The notes below the pieces were generated by a model. It saw only the letters and a list, made by a program, of their open reading frames with translations. It had not been told where the DNA came from and did not search any database. Positions 18,065 to 20,000 of a DNA stretch of 20,000 nucleotides are shown here, piece by piece; within the stretch, counting starts at the first letter, position 1; the number at the start of each line of letters is the position of its first letter. Origin of the DNA: Rhizaria sp. SCN 62-66. Its lineage: Eukaryota. The DNA lies in contig MEDY01000025.1 of assembly GCA_001724265.1 (NCBI GenBank), positions 115,777 to 135,776 of the forward strand. The letters are read 5' to 3'. Made by a program: the position numbers and the translations under genes.

Positions 18065-19999
18065 TTAGAAGCCGACAGCAGCAACGGCAATGGCCACGAG
18101 CACAGCCACGGCGGCGGACAGCGCGGCGGTGGCGGCGCTGTTGGGGTTGGCGCACTTCAGCGTGGAATCGCAGGTGGCAGTGACGCAGTCGGTGTCGATC
18201 TCGCACGAGTAGAGCAAGCTACAGGCGTTGCAGCCGTCACTGCCGCCGCAGTCAGTCGCGGTCTCGGTGCCGTCCTTGACGCCGTTGGAGCACGAGGCGG
18301 GCACAACGGCGGTGCTGAGGGCCGAGGCGCGCAGCACGGGCTTGTCGGCGACGTTGGACACGGCGGTGTTGAGTTCGTCCTGCTTGGCGGCAAGCTGGGC
18401 CTTGACGTCGCCCTCGGTCATCTTGGCAGCGACGGCGAAGGTGAGCTCGAGCTCGACGTGGGTCGGCGTGCCAGTCTGCGCGGCGGCATCAAGCGCGGCG
18501 TCGGTGGTGCCGACGGCGCCCGTGTAGACGAGCTTCTGCGACTTGACCACGATGTCGGCGAAGTCACTGCCCGGCAGACGGCGCTGGTACTCGAGGCGGA
18601 TGGCGTTGAGCACGGGCTTGGTGAGCAGCGTCGTGGAGATGATGCTCAGAGTCATGGTCACAACGTTGGTGCCCTGCTTGACGGCGGACACGGCGGGGAC
18701 TTGGACCGACGGGATCTGCGCGATGGGCGCGCCGGCGGCGTTGGAGATGATGATGTTCTCCAGCGAGCCCTCGAAGGCGGTGGTCGGCACGGTGAGACCG
18801 GTGCAACGGATGCGGAAGGGCGCGTCGGCGATGGCGTCAACGGCGGACTTGAAGGTGAGCGCAACGGTGGTGGACTCGGTGAAGCCGCCGTTGTTGGCAG
18901 GCACGGAGACGGTGAGGGCGGACACCTTCTTGTTCCACTTGAGCGCCTGGCACTCGATGTCGCCGCTGGCGGACACGACAGCGGGCAGACGGAAGTCGAC
19001 GACGGCGCCGGCCGGGATGGCAACGCTGAGGGGCGCGAGCGAGAGCGTGTACGCAGTGGTGGTGGACTCGCCGGCGACGGTAAGGTCGGGCATCAGGTAA
19101 GCGTACTCGGTGCCGATCGAGGGGACGCCGATGGCAGCGAGGATGACGGACGAGGAGCGGGCGACGACGGCGTGCTGGCTGGTGTAGACAGTGGCGCTGG
19201 TGACAGTGGACGTGGTGATGCCGGCGGGGCGAGTGATGCCGACGCAGACAACGCTGGAGCTGGCACTGGGCGCGGCGCGCGCATCGAGACCGGCCTTAAA
19301 GCTGAGCTTGAGCTGCGTGCCCTGCGCGGTGGTCTTGGCGATGCGGGCAGTCGCGATGGGGACGGCGTCGAGCAGAGGCAGGGTCGCGTTGTAGCAGTCA
19401 ACAGCCAGGTCGGTCGCGACGGTGTGCGAGTACTGGAAGGCGGCCGGAAGAGTGATGTGGACCTCGCCCGCGGCGGTGATGACGCGCGCGAGGCTGCCGA
19501 TGGTGATCGTGACAGAATCGGTAGGTGCGAGGAGAGCAGTGCGCGGCTTGTAGCCCTCGATGTAGTACGCCTTGAGCGCCTCCAGCTTGGGGTCGATGTC
19601 GCTCGCCTGCAGCGGTGCGCCGGCAGAGACCTGCGCAGTGAAGCGGGCAGCGGTGACAGCGCCGAAAGGCACAGCGACGGCGTCAACGACGACGTTGCCG
19701 GCGGCGGTCAGGACGCGGACAGTCGCGGTGTTACCGACAACATTAGCATCAACCTCGGACTCGTTGTTGACAAAGCCGGAGCACGTAAGCGCAACAGCAG
19801 CGTTGGCAGCGGTGGTCTTGGCGACGATGACGGTAAGCGCGCGCTGCTCGGCGTTGTACGCGGCGGCACCGAGCGAGCACGTGACGGCACCCGCGACGGA
19901 GACGGCGGCGGAGGGGCCGAGCGTGACGGAGACGACGGAGCCCTGCTCGAGAGCGAGGTACTTGGGCATGGTGAAGACAAGCGAGAAGCGGGACGCGGA
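18065..19999 (-). CDS. Repetitive cell-surface protein with Cys-rich module and probable GPI-anchor signal, 3' part (open at the window's right edge)
   Basis: The frame is open to the window edge (SASRFSLVFTMPK...), so ATG 19969 is probably internal. It has strong codon bias, Ala/Val/Thr-rich beta repeats with paired Cys, and the module CSNGVKDGTETATDCGGSDGCNAC...DC...C. The C-terminus PNSAATAALSAAVAVLVAIAVAAVGF* has no cytosolic tail. Confidence 0.85.
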   Translation of the reverse strand, partial: SASRFSLVFTMPKYLALEQGSVVSVTLGPSAAVSVAGAVTCSLGAAAYNAEQRALTVIVAKTTAANAAVALTCSGFVNNESEVDANVVGNTATVRVLTAAGNVVVDAVAVPFGAVTAARFTAQVSAGAPLQASDIDPKLEALKAYYIEGYKPRTALLAPTDSVTITIGSLARVITAAGEVHITLPAAFQYSHTVATDLAVDCYNATLPLLDAVPIATARIAKTTAQGTQLKLSFKAGLDARAAPSASSSVVCVGITRPAGITTSTVTSATVYTSQHAVVARSSSVILAAIGVPSIGTEYAYLMPDLTVAGESTTTAYTLSLAPLSVAIPAGAVVDFRLPAVVSASGDIECQALKWNKKVSALTVSVPANNGGFTESTTVALTFKSAVDAIADAPFRIRCTGLTVPTTAFEGSLENIIISNAAGAPIAQIPSVQVPAVSAVKQGTNVVTMTLSIISTTLLTKPVLNAIRLEYQRRLPGSDFADIVVKSQKLVYTGAVGTTDAALDAAAQTGTPTHVELELTFAVAAKMTEGDVKAQLAAKQDELNTAVSNVADKPVLRASALSTAVVPASCSNGVKDGTETATDCGGSDGCNACSLLYSCEIDTDCVTATCDSTLKCANPNSAATAALSAAVAVLVAIAVAAVGF

Positions 20000-20000
20000 G

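Noticed and set aside
13-19980. Numerous antisense and alternate-frame ORFs rich in R/P/A/S
   Set aside because: Shadow ORFs expected from GC-rich, codon-biased exons; no independent motifs.
1-20000. CRISPR arrays, tRNA/rRNA genes, transposases, prokaryotic operon or defence systems
   Set aside because: None seen. The DNA is intron-containing eukaryotic sequence, and its repeats are coding microsatellites.

Overview
Gene-dense eukaryotic (probably protist) nuclear DNA. GC-rich, low-complexity exons are separated by AT-rich intergenic DNA and 136-237 nt GT-AG introns. Seven protein-coding genes were reconstructed by hand: (1) the 3' part of a large low-complexity unknown protein (+); (2) a 6-exon ubiquitin-like/PH/RhoGAP/Pro-rich protein (+); (3) a 2-exon cytochrome bc1 subunit 9 (QCR9) with a presequence-like N-terminal extension (+); (4) a 2-exon mitochondrial ribosomal protein L20 (+); (5) a rhomboid-like pseudoprotease whose C-terminal UBA domain lies behind a single in-frame TAG (-); (6) a 2-exon Rubisco-LSMT/SETD3-type SET-domain protein with a signal peptide (+); (7) the 3' part of a repetitive, Cys-rich, GPI-anchored surface protein (-). 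The most notable observations are the in-frame UAG gating the UBA domain, the signal-peptide SET protein, the extended QCR9, and GC-rich hairpin islands in the intergenic DNA. All domain calls come from motif recognition by eye, not from database searches.
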